Shown here: piece after piece, positions 1 to 15,588 of the stretch
Position numbering within the stretch: position 1 is the first letter of the stretch
How the letters are laid out: each line of letters opens with the position of its first letter
Translations under genes and position numbers: made by a program
Source: Bigelowiella natans CCMP2755
Taxonomy: Eukaryota > Protista > Cercozoa
Length of the DNA: 64,000 bases
NCBI GenBank assembly: GCA_000320545.1
Contig: ADNK01002770.1
Location: 1 to 64,000 of the forward strand
Direction of reading: 5' to 3'
Notes under the pieces: model-generated
What the model saw: only the letters and a program-made list of their open reading frames with translations
Database searches by the model: none
What the model was told of the DNA's origin: nothing

Positions 1-374
1 TCCCGCAACTCGCCCCCACGCGGCAGTATTTCCGCACTCCAAGGGGGGACTTTGCGCTGAACAAAAACCATCATGTGGCTCTCCTAGGGGAATTGGAAAG
101 AACCCCCCCTAAACCAGGCGGATTTTAGCCATGGGTGGAACGCGGAAATATTTCCCCAGGAAGGTTTATTCCCCCCCCCCCCCCCCCCCCTTGTCAAAAA
201 TCAAAAACCCACGTCAACTTACTACCCTGTGGCGGAGCGACAGACGTCGAAACTCCTTCTCGATCTTCTCGTCAAAGACTCGATCCAACATGCATTGACG
301 CACACTCGGTGCTTTCGCATCGCCACTGGTGCTGTCGCCGTAGTCCTGCCCGAGGGCAACCTGAAGTTGGAAAT

Positions 375-411
<37 letters not shown>

Positions 412-2011
412 CGAACTGAAGAACCTATTATGATGATGACGGCGAAAAAGGATAACGCTACTTGTCCCATGTCCAGAACCCGCGCCTCAAACTCGTAATC
501 ATTGTTGCTTTGCAACGAGAACTACACTACTGCTGCAAAACCACCGCCCCCCTCGCTACTATGCCTTTCGTTCCTTCTCTTTGATACCTTGGAGAGGCAG
601 AAATGAACAAGCGCCTTGAGTTGGTCTTTGCCGATGTTTTGAATCATCTGTGTAGGAGATAAAGGGTTAGAAAGTGATAGTATGTTCCGGCGCATAACAT
701 GTGGATCGAAGAAACAACAACGGAACACTATATTCACTAAATGAAACAACAACAGAGCAAGAAAATCAACAAACGCAACACAACTCAACGCGTGCATAGG
801 CCCAAATTCACGACCCCTCACCTCTCTATCCTTGAACCCACCGCTGAGGCTCGAGAGCTTCCTATAAATTGTCAAAATCAAAAAACGGTGTGTTCTCAGA
901 ATACACACAACACAATCGGCGAAAGGAATCTAGAAAAACGAGAATAAATCTCTTAATTCTTTTTCAGCTTGAAGAAAAACGGATTGAACGTGACAAAGGC
1001 GAAGGCATTAGCTGTACACCACCAAACTCACGCCTGCAGCACGACTCGTCTTTCTCTCCACCCCCGTAACCATCATTGTCGCAGAGTGCTATCATTTGGA
1101 AAAACAGCACCTGTTTCTATGGTGGTGCTCTACAATCAGAATCTGGAATATGAAGGCCCGCTGCTTCATTCTGAAGAAAAACCTCCGCGATTTCCTTGAA
1201 AGTCTCCGCAGCTTTTTCGCCTGACGTGCCCGAAACGTCTCCAAGGAGTCCGGTCCCTCCTCCCCCTTCTTATCTATAGACATCCCTGTGCAGGCAAGCA
1301 CGATAGGAAAGTTTGCGGCATGGAAGGGCAAGGATGATGCTGCGTGTAACGGAATAGGGGCGAGAAAATCCCAGATTGCAAAAAAAAACATCATCGAGAA
1401 AACATGCGACGCATACTATTATCTTCCGTGAGCCATTGCTGCCACCCGCTTCCCTAACCCCTCGAAACACTCACCTTTTCCTTCCTCATCGGAGCTGAAT
1501 TCAGGGGGGGGGGGGCTGGGTAGCTGGAAAATGTTCTTCATCGAATCCCATATCTTCCCTTTATACCTCTGCATTGCCGCAATAAATCGATAGGAAAACA
1601 AGAAGCACATATCAGTCATCTTGGACTGGCTTTGCCAACAAAAACGAACAACGCAGCAAATGCAACGCAAGAAGTACTGTCGGTTTCGATACCTGGATAA
1701 TGAGCTCAGACACGTGCAGTCTAATCAGCTTTTCAGGGGGCCCTGAATCCGCCTCAGCCTTCTCGCCGTCGTGTTTCTTCTCATCGTCTTTGGAATCACC
1801 CAATGCGGCGGCTTTGAAGCCATCGCCCAGCTCGTGCGTCGTTTCCTTCTTCGTCGTGATCCAAATCTTGGAGCACCACAAGAAATACCTTGCAAACGCG
1901 ATCAGGAAAATGTTGTTGGTGATTCGAAAGCAAGGACGTAAGTTGTGCAGCAGCAAAATCATTTGGGCGCATAATCCAAAGAGGATATATATGTTACAGC
2001 TAATGTTACAG

Positions 2012-2051
<40 letters not shown>

Positions 2052-2071
2052 TTATATTTTATCAACGCAAG

Positions 2072-2110
<39 letters not shown>

Positions 2111-2435
2111 ATTGCATAAAGGTGTTTGGTAAGTGCACAAAACTAATCCGTACAAAATCTCCAACGCGTGGGCGAGAAGCTCCTCCTTCTCCAACTCGAC
2201 TTTGACGTTCTCCTTTGCGTCATCGCCAGTGTGCTGCCGCTGACTGTCACTGCTTGCCTCGAAGAGAATGGCCATGATACGATCCAACATGTCTGGGGGG
2301 GAGGGGGGGGGGTAGGGGGGGGCAAATCGTAATTGATAATACCAAAACATGAAAATAAATCGATAGTATGTAACAGTTGCGAATATGCTCGGATCTTAAG
2401 GAATAAACATGGCTTATTAGAAATAATATATCATG

Positions 2436-2466
<31 letters not shown>

Positions 2467-4220
2467 CCATACATAAATTTGCTTACTGGATTCCTTCTTC
2501 GATTTCGCCTTTGTAGAGTCTTTGAGGTTAAGAAGTCGCTCCGCCAACACAGGTTGGTACCTAATTTTGAGAGGCAGCAAATGGCGGTGTTACTTATGCT
2601 GGGCAGCGGGTGTAGCACACACATTTTGCGCTATCTTTTCGTGAGGGGGATTCTTTCCATACATTAGAGCGTTGGCCAAGAACTTCAACGTGGAGATCTT
2701 GCTATCGTTCTTCCTTGGCTTTAGCATTTTCTTGCAAGAATCCTGGTTATTGGCGCGCAAGACTCTCCATCAATGATAACACTCATAACTATCATACTCG
2801 CTTATAAACGTTTTCGTGGCAATTACACTTGGCAATGAAAGACGTATGCTTGCGCAAACACAACCCAAGCAAACGGCATTCGTGGAACCGAGGAGAGGGT
2901 ACAGAGACGATAATGTACCAAAAACACACACATGCACTATTGGTGTGTGTGCCTACATATTCACGCCATTAATTACCTGCAAAACCTCGAGCTGTCTTCC
3001 TACATATGACATCAGAGAGAAGCGCCCCGTTCCGACCGACACGCCGGAGTTGGACGATGAGATGCCCGCCTCTGCGAGGAGGGACAGCGTTTCGAGAGCT
3101 TCCTTCTTCACCTAGTTAACCGAGAGAGGTATGCAGTTAATGCGGGGGTTGGAGACCGCGCGCGACAAAACCCCCCATAAATACTGAGCTTAAATGTAAA
3201 AAAATCAAAAAAATTCATTGAGATTCTTCCTTTTAGCTGAACGCTATGCTAATGCGTAAATGACGAACTTAAATAACGCCTCAATACCTTGAAACGATAG
3301 ACCCTTCTCTTCAAGAGATTTATGATGCAATACACCACACTAGGCGTCTCCTCGCCCCCGACGGTGTGCGGGCTCTCCATCAAAGACTGCACGAATCTAA
3401 ATATTTTTCCGGAAGAGGGGCGAGAGGGGGGGGGGTAAGTACTTGCAATGGAAAAAACGGACTTTCTCCTTTATGTGCGAGCTATTTGGATAAGATCGAG
3501 GTACTCACATCCATGGCTTTGACCCAGAAATCTTTCTTGCCAGCGAGATAACTCTACGCATTGGAGATAATGCCATATCAAGAAGAAGTCGTACGGATTG
3601 ACGTGATCCACCCCCTCCCCTCCCAAAAAGGCATATCACATTCCGACTGAGAGTTCTCGTTTGAACCGACAAAACGAGTTGATATCGTGCTCATACCATC
3701 ACACAAACGAATCGACCCGTTGCCCGGGGTGGGTGGGGGGGGTGGGGTGGGATGGGGGGGAATAATTCATTACTTTCGCAGAACTTTGAACGACCAAATT
3801 AGGAGCTTCTGGAACACCACTTCCTCCCCTTTGTTGCCCTCTCTGCACGTAAAAATAGACAATCGTTGCGTATTGATAAATATTGATGAGGAAACCCAGA
3901 CGGCTCTCCGTATGAGGGCATTTATCCACAGTTTCAGAAATAACAACTTCTCAATTCGAACGGCTGACTCGATAACGGTTGCCATCTAACACGATTCGTG
4001 ACGAAACCCCCACCATCGTTTGAAGGAAAACAACGCTAAATGTAGCTTTGCAGTTATCTCGTAGTCAGCATCATAATATACTTATTACGAAAATATTGTA
4101 TTTCGTAGCTTCTCACCGCTGCAAAGACTCGATAATAGCCAAACCGTAGACGATCGGTTTCACGAGTGCCAAACGCATTTTGCCTGCTCGGGTATCACAA
4201 TCGAGTTAAACCTCATACAC

Positions 4221-4264
<44 letters not shown>

Positions 4265-5789
4265 AAATCGTCGCATTTGCTTCTCTCGCATTCGCATAAG
4301 TCTCGCCGTTACCTTCCGTCATAAACGAATGGAGAAGATGCGTCTTGAGCGAGCCGCTGCTTGGGCCGAGCGACGATGCCTTGTTTGACGACGAATACGC
4401 ATTTTGCGAGCCGCTGCCTAACCCACCTCGCCTCGCGCTTGTATCATCTGATTTCACAGGGACAACGCCAGCGAAGCAAAAGAGTAAAAATTGAAAATTT
4501 ATATAATAAAATATATTTATTATCTATCCAGATTCACAAACTCTCAGTATGTAAAGAAACGACGATAAACGGTTATCCATACTCCAATGACGGCACTTGC
4601 TGTACCTGCTGCTCCAGCACCATTTCTGGCCAATGGAGCTGCCCGAGAGAGCCCTTCTGTGCGCAGATCTTGGGAGAGATTAGGATTGTTAAGGACAACG
4701 TCAAAGATCCGCAGGACGCTCGTGCCTATGTTCCAACGCTCGATTCGGTCTCGGTATCTACGTTATTATTTGGGCAAAAAACAAGCCAAAGCACGATCAC
4801 AAAAACACCACATCAAGTTTTTGAATATATCGGCCCGATGAGATGTGATGCATAATAATGCGTTTGAAGACCACTCGTGAGTGGTTTTACGCGCCCCTCT
4901 GCTAATGTTCAGATACCCGTATTGGCAATATTACCTCCAAGAATCGTACACTACGAAGACGGACGAGCAAATCTAATAATAAAAAAAAAATGAAAAAAAT
5001 CCCAACAATTACAACTACCAATCAATCATCACATAGTCTCTACCAATCAGCCCATAGTCTTTCCCACTACAACACAGCCTCAACCACCCTTTTAATCGGA
5101 TTCTTACCCCCCGCAACATGTCCGGCATCGTAGCTCCAAACGCCGCGCATATATTCGTCCTTGGAAGCCGCGAATATCTGAAAAAAAACATTGCGTGGAT
5201 CAACCCCTTTAGGAACAGCGGTATTTATGCCATCTTGCTAACACTGCTCCACGATGTATACAAAACGCATGTAAAAAACGGCTCAGACGCCCATGATGAA
5301 CAGCACAGCTAGCTTCGCGGTGTCTCGGGTAGCAAACGGACCTCCATTCGTGAGGAAAGAGCTTCAACAGCATCTCCAAGATCCCCTGTGGAAACAGGGA
5401 AACACACAAACGCTCAGTCAGCGTGGGAAACTCGAGCAAAACCAATGCGAGACTCTAAACCAAAATCCTATAAAATAGCTAGTCTTCCGACGTATTGCGA
5501 AGAATATATACCATCCTCTGTTTATTTAGGGTTGTTTCGTTTATTTGAGGCCACTGCTTTGCTGTCGCTAATGCTTACCCGTGTGCCGGGGTACTTTGCC
5601 TCTTTCGCCTCGACGTGGGCAGAGAGGACACGCAACACCTTGATCAAGCTCATGTCTTCCAACCCGGCAAAAACAAGGTGCATCTGAATATGATTGATAA
5701 TAAAGCGTCGTGTTACTGAATGCTACTATAAGAACAACAAGCTGCATACGCATACAACAACATAATAATTACGTCTAAGAATGTATATT

Positions 5790-5835
<46 letters not shown>

Positions 5836-7490
5836 GTATTTATATGCTTGATTAAATAGGAAAAAGTCCCGCAGAAATGCTTCGCACAATCGCATACGCG
5901 TCCCGAAAAAAAACAAAGATCAGTTAGCCGAGCAGCCCCGACGCCCAACCCTCACCGTAACACACTTAAAACACCATCAATAACTCCCTCCTCAACCTGC
6001 CGAGTCAGCTCGTCGATGTTGGCGTGCAAAAGGGACCATCCCGCACAGCTCGATGCGCTTGAGTATGCAGACTCCTACCAATTTGCAAAAACACACTAAG
6101 CAACCGAAGAACTACCCGACGGCGGCGCACGCTGCACAGCATCCGCGATATTGCATTCTAGTCACCTTCGCACTCGCAGTTGTAGTAGCTGTTTTCGGGT
6201 CAGCAGTTGTCACCAGACACACCAGGACCGACGATATGATCTAGATCCAAAAAAAAAAAAAATGAAAGTTTTCCCGTTGTCCGGGCGCGAGGGAGGAGGA
6301 GAAGGTTGCGGGGGAAATGTGAGCGACTTCACTGCGATAACGAAGCGCGTGCTCAGCTACAAACAATGCCAAACAGAAAATGATACACATTCATTTGTAT
6401 TCAACAAACGCATCTTGCGCGAACGAGCAGCTTACCTCAGAAATGCTTGATACACTGGTACTCATGCCGCTGATGCTGCTGCTGGTCCCGCCTAATTCCA
6501 TGGCGTCATCCATGCCAGCCGCCGTTGTTTTCCCCGCTCCTTTGGATACCGCCATATCTGCCAGAATCTCCTTCTTTCGAGAGTAGCTTGCGGCCAGATT
6601 GCAGAGCAGCCGGAGCAGCGTTGCAATCTGATTTAGAAGAAATGAATATATAACCCAAACGCGAAGGAAACAAATTCACTTATATTATATGACTTCCCAC
6701 CGATCATTGAATTCCCCCCCCCCCCCCCCCTTCTCAGCGTGCAATGATTCCTAAAACTAAATTGACCACGGGAAAGTGTATTATACATGGGCGATGTCTA
6801 CCGGATGATGCGGCAATTCTATTGGCTTTGTAATCAGATTCGCAGCTCCATAATGTGTATCTGCACGAAAACACAAGCACACACACAAACACGTATATCA
6901 ATATAAAATCAAAAAGTTAGAACATCGTTTCCTCAAAAAAATCTCAGCGCCCCTCCCCCCCCCCCCCTCCGCGACAACGCACCTCCTCCGCTGTTTTGGG
7001 ACATTGCCGCAAAGAAATGAACGATGGCCTCTACTTCCTCCCAGAGTTGTCTCCTCTTGGCATTTGCTGCTGTTTGACTGTCCTTGCCCTTGCCGGACAG
7101 TTGTGAAACTGGCGGAGTCGCATTCTCGCGCCAGATCAAGAAGTGCAACCTTAGGAAAACACAGGGGAGATTGAGATAGCAGACTCACCGAGGAATACAC
7201 AAGCGACGAAGGCGCAAGAACACGTAATTGGATTGAAGAAGGCGGCGGTGAATGAACAAAACTAGAATCGCACGAATGCTAATATGATAATACCATCACA
7301 TCGGAATATATGAATTAGTACCTTCTCAAGAGGAAATCAATCGGTTGGAAAGAAAGGTTTTGCTCCTGCGGCTTGACCATGATCTTGAGCTCGTTGGGGA
7401 AGCTTTTGCTATTGAAACAACGGAGAGCCGCAGCAGCAACGAGAACGATTTCAGATTCAACCGAGATGAATATAATATATGTATATATTA

Positions 7491-7527
<37 letters not shown>

Positions 7528-7729
7528 GAAATAATCGCTTTACTTCTGCGGTTGAGGCTTGACCAATGGCGAGAGAGATCGGTCGCAGTAGAATTGGCTT
7601 TGCTTCTCATCCTCAAACGACGGGTGCAGGAGCTCCATCTTCACAATAACCATCCTACAAGAACATAGAGGGGAGGGAGGGGGGGGGAGACCAACAAAAC
7701 ATTCACATAACACTTTATGGATGTGTCTA

Positions 7730-7766
<37 letters not shown>

Positions 7767-8555
7767 TAAACAATATATAAAGTATGCGGAGTGAAAAACC
7801 CCTTCTCACCAGTCTTGCGGTCCGGCCTCGGTGCCCAGGGGGAGCGTGATGGTAACGAGAGCAGTGGATGATCTCCGTATCTGTTTCGAGGACACAAGAT
7901 ACTCATATCTTGGGTCTAGCAAAGCGTCGGTATAGTTCTCCCCGTCTGTTATGCACAGCTTCCTAACATTTGGTGGTGTTTGGGCGGGTGAAAAGGAGGT
8001 GGGGGGGGAGGGGGTAATTAGGATTGGTTAAAGGCAAAAATAGTTGGAGGCATACTGGTTATATCATGTGGACGTGTATGGCCTTAAGAAGGCTGTTTTG
8101 AGGTGTACTGCTGCTCTTTTACCTACCACTACTACTACTGCTACTACTACTCCTACTGCTACCAACTGCTACAAGCATGTCACCTATATCCGTTCTTGCT
8201 CCCCCTTCGCACGTCAGCAATTTGAACAACTAGTCGCTTTTGGCTCTGCGCCGTAGATGATAGCACTCGCCGCAGCGACCCGGGAATCGGCAGCTATGTA
8301 GCGCGACGAAATATACCAATATGAGCGTACATGCAAAGATCGGGTAGTGGTGAGGATGCTGGTGGATTTCCCGGTTTATGTATATGTTGTGGCCTTGGAA
8401 AAAGACACTGAAGAGGGCAGCTATTCGAGTTCATTGTTAAAGCAGTGAGGAAGATAGAACTAAGAGTAGCACGATAGAGAGAAATGCACGCTCCTACCAG
8501 TTTCACTTCGGTCTTTACGGGGATCCTATGCAATAAGAGATGTTTAGCACACACA

Positions 8556-8612
<57 letters not shown>

Positions 8613-8912
8613 GCATGCGCGCGCGCACACAAACAATATATATATACTATAGTATTTACGAAGTCGGGATTTTTGACGCGGTGTTGGGTGATTGTGCACG
8701 CGAACGTGCCAAAACACATAATTCTGCTGATTGCTAAAAACGCCGCTGGTTATTATCTGCAAGAAATCGCTGTTCTTTCTCGTTCTTACCACAGTCCCAG
8801 CCTATCCAGGTTGGCCTTCAAATACCCTCTCCCCCCACTCACGTTGACTATGCCCTGTGGAGAGTTCCGTACAAAAATCCGTGATGTCGTGTTGTGCATT
8901 GATATTGCGGGA

Positions 8913-8943
<31 letters not shown>

Positions 8944-10195
8944 GAGAGCGAGAGACAGAGAAAGGGAGAGAGAAAGAGGGAAGGAGGAATAGATTGAAGG
9001 GGACGCATCTTTCACCCACCGCATCAACAACGACAACAAATGGAAGAGCCTTCACGTGCCTATGGACAATCTCGGAGCATTTTCTGACACAATTACGCGA
9101 AAACCACCAAAACACCGATTTGTTGGAAGCGAAGAGGAGGTCACGGGGGGCGAGGAGGGAGGGGGGGAGGAAAAATCCAAACGGCTAATAACTATATATC
9201 AGGAACACGCCATCGCACCTCAGCCTGGCAAGGATCTGCTCTCTATTTCGAAAGTTGATCGTCTGGTAGTTGATCGTCGGCCTCTGCCCGGTCAGCGTTG
9301 TCAGCAGATCTAACCGCGTGAGGGGGAAGGGAGAAAAAAAAAACAATCAGAAATATGCATCCACGCGTCCCGGCCGCGACTGCGATCAAAAACGCAAGGT
9401 CGTTTCCGGTAATGACAACAGCCAAAAACGTCTGGGTAAAAACGAGTTTCTCGAAAGCGCGCGGTGATGCGCGGCAGATTTTGAGCACATACTGAGGAGC
9501 TCCGCGTTCCTGTTTGGGTAATCGTTGGCGCTCTCATAGAGCATTGGGCAGCTGGATGGATCGCAAGAAAAATCAGAAGGCAACAAAACGTACGGCATTC
9601 ATCATACGTTTCAACTCAAAGCAAAACCGGCGCTGGCATTCCAACTTACATGTCCTTCCTGTACGCGAGCATGGACGGGTCGTCTTTCGATTCAAGGAGG
9701 AGGCCTTGGCAGAGCTTCGGGTTGTCCTGGGGAGATCCGGAGAAACAGAGAAAATGCATCAGTAATGAGACAACAAGAGCGACGATTCGTGCAGGTAAAA
9801 ACACCAAGAGAAAATAAAGACTACAAGAAGCGCAATCACCTAACTAAAAACCTTTAGAATGTCTATACTGTTAAAGATTTAGCGTTCTCAGACCTCCATT
9901 GCTGCACGGAAGAGCCTGCCGATCGACCTGTAGAGGGATGAAGGGGTGGGGGTGGGGGGGGAGACAAACAAAAGAAATTACGCGAAAATGGATTTTCCAG
10001 GTGCAAATTGACGCACATACCGATGATATACGGGGACGTTTTTGATGTAGTTGTAGAGCGGGCTATTGAAGAGAGCGGAGAGAAACTCCTGGTAGAGATT
10101 AGCAGAAAGATACCATTATGATAAATTACATATCAACACAAACACACAAACACACACACACGCATACACACACACACGCATACACACACACACAC

Positions 10196-10233
<38 letters not shown>

Positions 10234-10435
10234 TTTATATTTATATATGAATCCTATTTTAGATATACTTTTGTAATAACATCCTATGACTAGCTTTAAG
10301 AATTGCGAGGGGGAAAGGCAAACTTACTTTCGAAAGACTCTGGTACAGAATTCTGTTGGGATCAGCTGGTTTTGTTAGCAAAGAAAGGCATCGGTGATGA
10401 AGGCCCTTTGCTCTCTCTCTCTCTCTCTCTCTCTC

Positions 10436-10474
<39 letters not shown>

Positions 10475-10767
10475 GTCGGCCTCCGATAATCTCCAATACA
10501 CAAGTGTTCATAAATACTTCTCACAACAACAACAATACCCTCTACCACCGGTCATTCGATTCGCTCCTCTCTCTTAGACGGTATGGCAAGGCTACAACGT
10601 TTGTGCGCCAGCCCCTCCCCCCCCTCCCCCAACCCCGAGCGTTCGCTCACATTTCCCTGTAGTCGGAATCTCCTTCATTTGGTTCAAATAGGCGCAGAGC
10701 TTGCCTGTGAGCAGGAGCAACAATCAACGTGGCGATGTATATTATACATGTATAAATATAGATATAT

Positions 10768-10808
<41 letters not shown>

Positions 10809-11291
10809 CAGCTATGTATGATGATGATGACGATTTTAAAGGACTGATAGATGGGTTAATCCACTACCAAATGGGTCGTCACGGGAGATCTGTAGGAGCA
10901 TGTACACTTTGTTCTCCAGAAACTGCTGCCTCTCCTTCGTGAAGACAGCTTGCTTTCGCGTCTGCAGACCAATGGAGAGAAATCAGGCACAGCACCGTCT
11001 CGCAAAGCACCATCATACATGCATCCTCAAAACTAACAACTACCCAACCCTCCCACAGCCCCCCCGGCCCCCGGTCTCCTCCTTCGAGCATATATGAATG
11101 AAAAAACCTGCTTCATATCTTGGATATTGCCATAGACGAGAAATGACCCTGCGCGACGAGCAATAAGTAATCATCAGCGTTTCGTTTTAAACGATTTCTT
11201 TCAAAAAAAAACACTGACCAACCCCCGCCATACAATGACGAGGCGCGAGCTGGGGGGGGATTTAAAATATATACAATTATCAATTTATATA

Positions 11292-11330
<39 letters not shown>

Positions 11331-11540
11331 TATCTTTGTTATGAGCTAAATTACAGCATGCTTAAAAAACGAATTTTACAAAATTTTTAGATATTGCTAC
11401 TGCTACTGCTCGCACGATTGATAATAAGAGTAGAAGCTCATACCAAACAGAGCAGGGGAGGCATCAGGATATAGCTTTGTGATCTAGAAACACGCAAAAC
11501 AATGAGTGGCAAACAAGCAGCGAGACAGGAGTCCAAGATG

Positions 11541-11586
<46 letters not shown>

Positions 11587-11981
11587 CCCCCTCCCCTCAA
11601 TATATCTCAGCTTCTTGGTTATTAATGTAGCATTTAGCCAATGAATATATTGCTTCATTGCATAAAACTGGTGAGTAGTTAAGCCTAGTACTATCCTCCT
11701 GTTGTGCGCATGTATTTTCGTGTTTGTTTGCGTATTGATCGCACGATTCTGGGATTGTTTTTTTGGTGAGGAAGGGGGACGGAGGGAGGTCTCCAACGAT
11801 GATACCTTCGCCAACGCCTCCACCATATTCTTCGCCGTCTTTTCGTCGGAGTAGTATGGATGGCTATGTATGTGAGGAATGCAGAGAAGAAGAAAGATCT
11901 TGAATGCAAAGCGAATACTTATCAAGATATGCTCCTGAACCAATGCTCGTTTTGCAAAGGGCGATACAGCAATGATAGTTA

Positions 11982-12042
<61 letters not shown>

Positions 12043-12179
12043 TACACATATATAAATATATATATTATATAATATTGTTTAAGAACAAAAAATAATATTG
12101 TTTAAATGAATTACAAAAAATATTCTACAATCCGCTGCTTCTTATGAGATAGTCATCAAGTCAGTTTATAACATATAAA

Positions 12180-12220
<41 letters not shown>

Positions 12221-12486
12221 TATAAATCATATAGTATGTATGATTGAAAATTATAATATGAATTGAAATAGATGTCGCAATTGTAAGACAAACCTATGGA
12301 TGTTGTCTGTTTTGAGCTTATTCAATCTTAAAATGCCTGCAAAAGAGGAAGGGAGGGGAAAGCAGTTACGATACTATATTTTATAGAATATATATTAGTC
12401 AGAAGAATCATATACAAGTCCGCACAAATGCATACACGCGCGCGCGCACCCACACTCTTTCTAACACGCAATAGAACATATAGAAA

Positions 12487-12527
<41 letters not shown>

Positions 12528-13294
12528 AGAGAGCGATAGAGAGAAAGAGAAAGAGAGCGGGATCGAGATTTAGAATGGGAAACTTCGCTCTTAGTGAACA
12601 TCCAACACGCAGCATCCCCTGCATCATCATGCGCATGTGCAGCACTCGTAAAACTTACAGAGAAGAAGAAACACAGCGAGATTCCTTACACGCAGCACCC
12701 CGAAACGGCCTGATGAGACACGAAAGCATATACAAAATACCAAAATATGGATATCTTATAATTTATCCCACCATCTAGCAATCTGCATACATTCTAGCCA
12801 AAAACAGCTCCCATCGCGACTATGACCAATCAGTGACAACGCCATTTTACGCAGCAGCAAACAGCACCATCTACAACGGAACCTTTGGTAGAGAGCGCGG
12901 AGGTGTCTTGCATTCCGAAGTGAATATGCTTGCAAAGATCAATCAGCTTCATCATCTGCGGTACCGATATCGCGCCATCTACACAGATGTACGGAAGAGG
13001 GGTGGGGAGGGGGGCGCGGCGTTCAGAAACCAACTCCAACTGCAAATCGGTCTTACTACCAAGTAGCAGTAACAACACACTGAACAGAATCTACACCGAG
13101 ACACTCCCTGATGCAGTGCAATTACCTCTATCACCGGCGGCATCTTCGTAGTAGAACTTGAGAAACAAGATCTCGAGCAGCTGACCCTGGATATGGGGGT
13201 AAGGGGGGGGGGAGGGGGGTGAAGGGCACCGCACGCCGCCACCAATCAGCATACGTTTTGAAAGGGTGAGAAGGAACAAACATGCACGGTGACT

Positions 13295-13334
<40 letters not shown>

Positions 13335-13712
13335 CAATATTTCATCAAATGACGCTTTGAAAACAGAAGAAACCCCGTCATTACTTAAATAAAATCTTCA
13401 CACCTGCATGAGGATACGATGATCCGCCCAAGACGACGTAGCGCTGAACCTGCAGCATACCATTGCCGGCCAACCGTAGCGCCATCATAATTCAAACCAA
13501 GAACACAAAGCAGATATCAGGAAAACAGGCCTAAATCACGGGACTTGTGTTGGTTTTGCTTCGGTTGTTTGGCAGCGGTCAGAGGGGGGGGAAGATGCTC
13601 CCCGCTCTCATTTCGCACGTGATAAGACTCGCCACAAGAGGAAATAGGCATTATACAATCCTTAGAATAAAGGGTTTAAAGAAAACTGGTGCTATTACAA
13701 ACTGCACGCGCG

Positions 13713-13757
<45 letters not shown>

Positions 13758-13935
13758 ACACATAGAGGGAGAAAGAGAGCGAAGGGGAGGGAGAAAGAGA
13801 GAGATAAATTTCATAAACGCTCACACACGAAAGAAAGCATACCCCTGGCCACTGTCATTTCCGCTGCTCGATGACAACGACTTTATCTTTGAGATAATCC
13901 TGTAAATATGAGACTATAAGACTCGCTGCTACAGA

Positions 13936-13976
<41 letters not shown>

Positions 13977-14099
13977 ATACAAATATTGTTTTATTAATTT
14001 CTATTATATAAACGCGACGTGCCATATCTACGCGCAACCTCCCTAGACACGATTTACACATATGCATTCACCAGAGCCACCACCCTCTCGATTCCATAT

Positions 14100-14131
<32 letters not shown>

Positions 14132-14902
14132 GCTACTACAGCACTTGAGGTGCATGGGCGAATTCTGGATTCTTTGCTGTGCGAAGTCTTGCATGGCCTC
14201 ACGATAAGGGTGAGCGGCCATAAACTTCCATCTGGAAAAAAAAACAATATTTAATATTGGAAATATCAGAATCGCGATTGTCGCGTACAGCAAACGCATG
14301 GGGACGAAATATACCTAAAGATGTACGCAACGATCTCCAAAGTGACTCTTTGCTCCTAGAGGTTGGGGGGGGGGACAAAACAACGATAATCTACGTGTTA
14401 TGACGATTCCTTTTCTACTTCCAATTATCAATAAATATATATATATACACACACATATATTATATAAATATTCATGAAAACGGCAAGCATGGAGTGTGCA
14501 ACGAATGTCCTCTCCCCCCAAAACCCCCCTCCTCAATTAAAACAAGGAAAAAAGGGACGAGACGACGTACGTGCAAAAAGGAGGCATAGAGTTCATCTAG
14601 AAGCACGCCCTGCTTTATTTTCTGATGAAGAAGAAATCGAAAACCACAACGAATCAGAGACTTCTTCGGCGTAGAAAGGAGATGAGGCTAGAGAGTTATG
14701 GCCAGAGAGTTATGGCTGGTATGGACGATGCTGAGCGAAATACGGATATAGACAGTCGCACCTTATCTATGGTCGCCTTTAGAGTCCCGTCGCCTTTGCC
14801 TGTTAGATTTAGCTGATAAAATAACATAATGTGAGAGAAATGACTAAATCGCGGCTTGGAGAATTTCAAGGAGACTACACTGTCATTACAAAAATAAACT
14901 TG

Positions 14903-14952
<50 letters not shown>

Positions 14953-15588
14953 ATATATTTGCAAGATCTCATACACTGTGTGTGTAGGCGGTAATGATGT
15001 TAGCAGCCTGAGAAGGAATAGTCATTCGTGAGAAGAAGAAGAAGAGTCAAAACAAAATACTGGTGGCAATCAAGTGCTGTTTAAATCGGAGCTCTAGATT
15101 ACCATCCCAGAGCTGATGTTGGCTCGGTTTTTAAGGGTATCGATGATCTTCTTCCACTTTGCGTTCGCTGATTGCAGCGCTTCGGCATTGTCATCCTTAG
15201 CCTCGTCCCCAAGAAGGTGTGCGAAGTAGGGCAAAACGGTTTCCCTTTTGGGTTGTTAGAACACGCAGGAAAACAGCAAAATGAGGCTGGATTTTTTATC
15301 GAAGAATGTCAAAGCGTACACGCGTGGACGAAACTATGCAATGCGTTATCAGGTTTGCCTTTGATTGCTTGTTCTTCTAGTTGCCATTAGACAGTATCGA
15401 GTTGGTAATATAAATACAAACACGACAAGAAAGCGCGTCGCAACCCTTGCCGCGACTAATCTAGACTTCCAAGGCAGCATAGCCCAGCATTGCTCATACC
15501 TCAACTTGCGTCCCATTGACGCAGGGTCGCATTTATTGAATTCCAGCTCCGGCCATATGGCAGATGGCATCGCAACATTACTGCTCAT
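1..15588 (-). CDS. NUP188: Nucleoporin Nup188-like, many small exons, 3' end beyond window start
   Basis: Putative ATG at 15588 (MSSNVAMPSAIWPELEF). Phase-consistent exons give ELYASFLHEQRVTLEIVAYIFRWKFMAAHPYREAMQDF...SSWADHRILMQGQLLEILFLKFYYED...MMKLIDLCK, then YPNRNAELLNLLTTLTG and ITLPLGTEAG. These resemble, in the same order, Nup188 motifs recalled from memory (YYEERTCILRCVLHLL..HPYR; SRWFVQCLREQSMLLEIIFLYY; FPHLLSPLLQLLRAL; LRIPQGTVG). Exon-like segments continue to about 225; not every exon was traced. Confidence 0.7.

Noticed and set aside
8484-9188. Long ORFs with [16 protein letters not shown] runs (here and throughout)
   Set aside because: These are translations of intronic dinucleotide microsatellites, which contain no stop codons.
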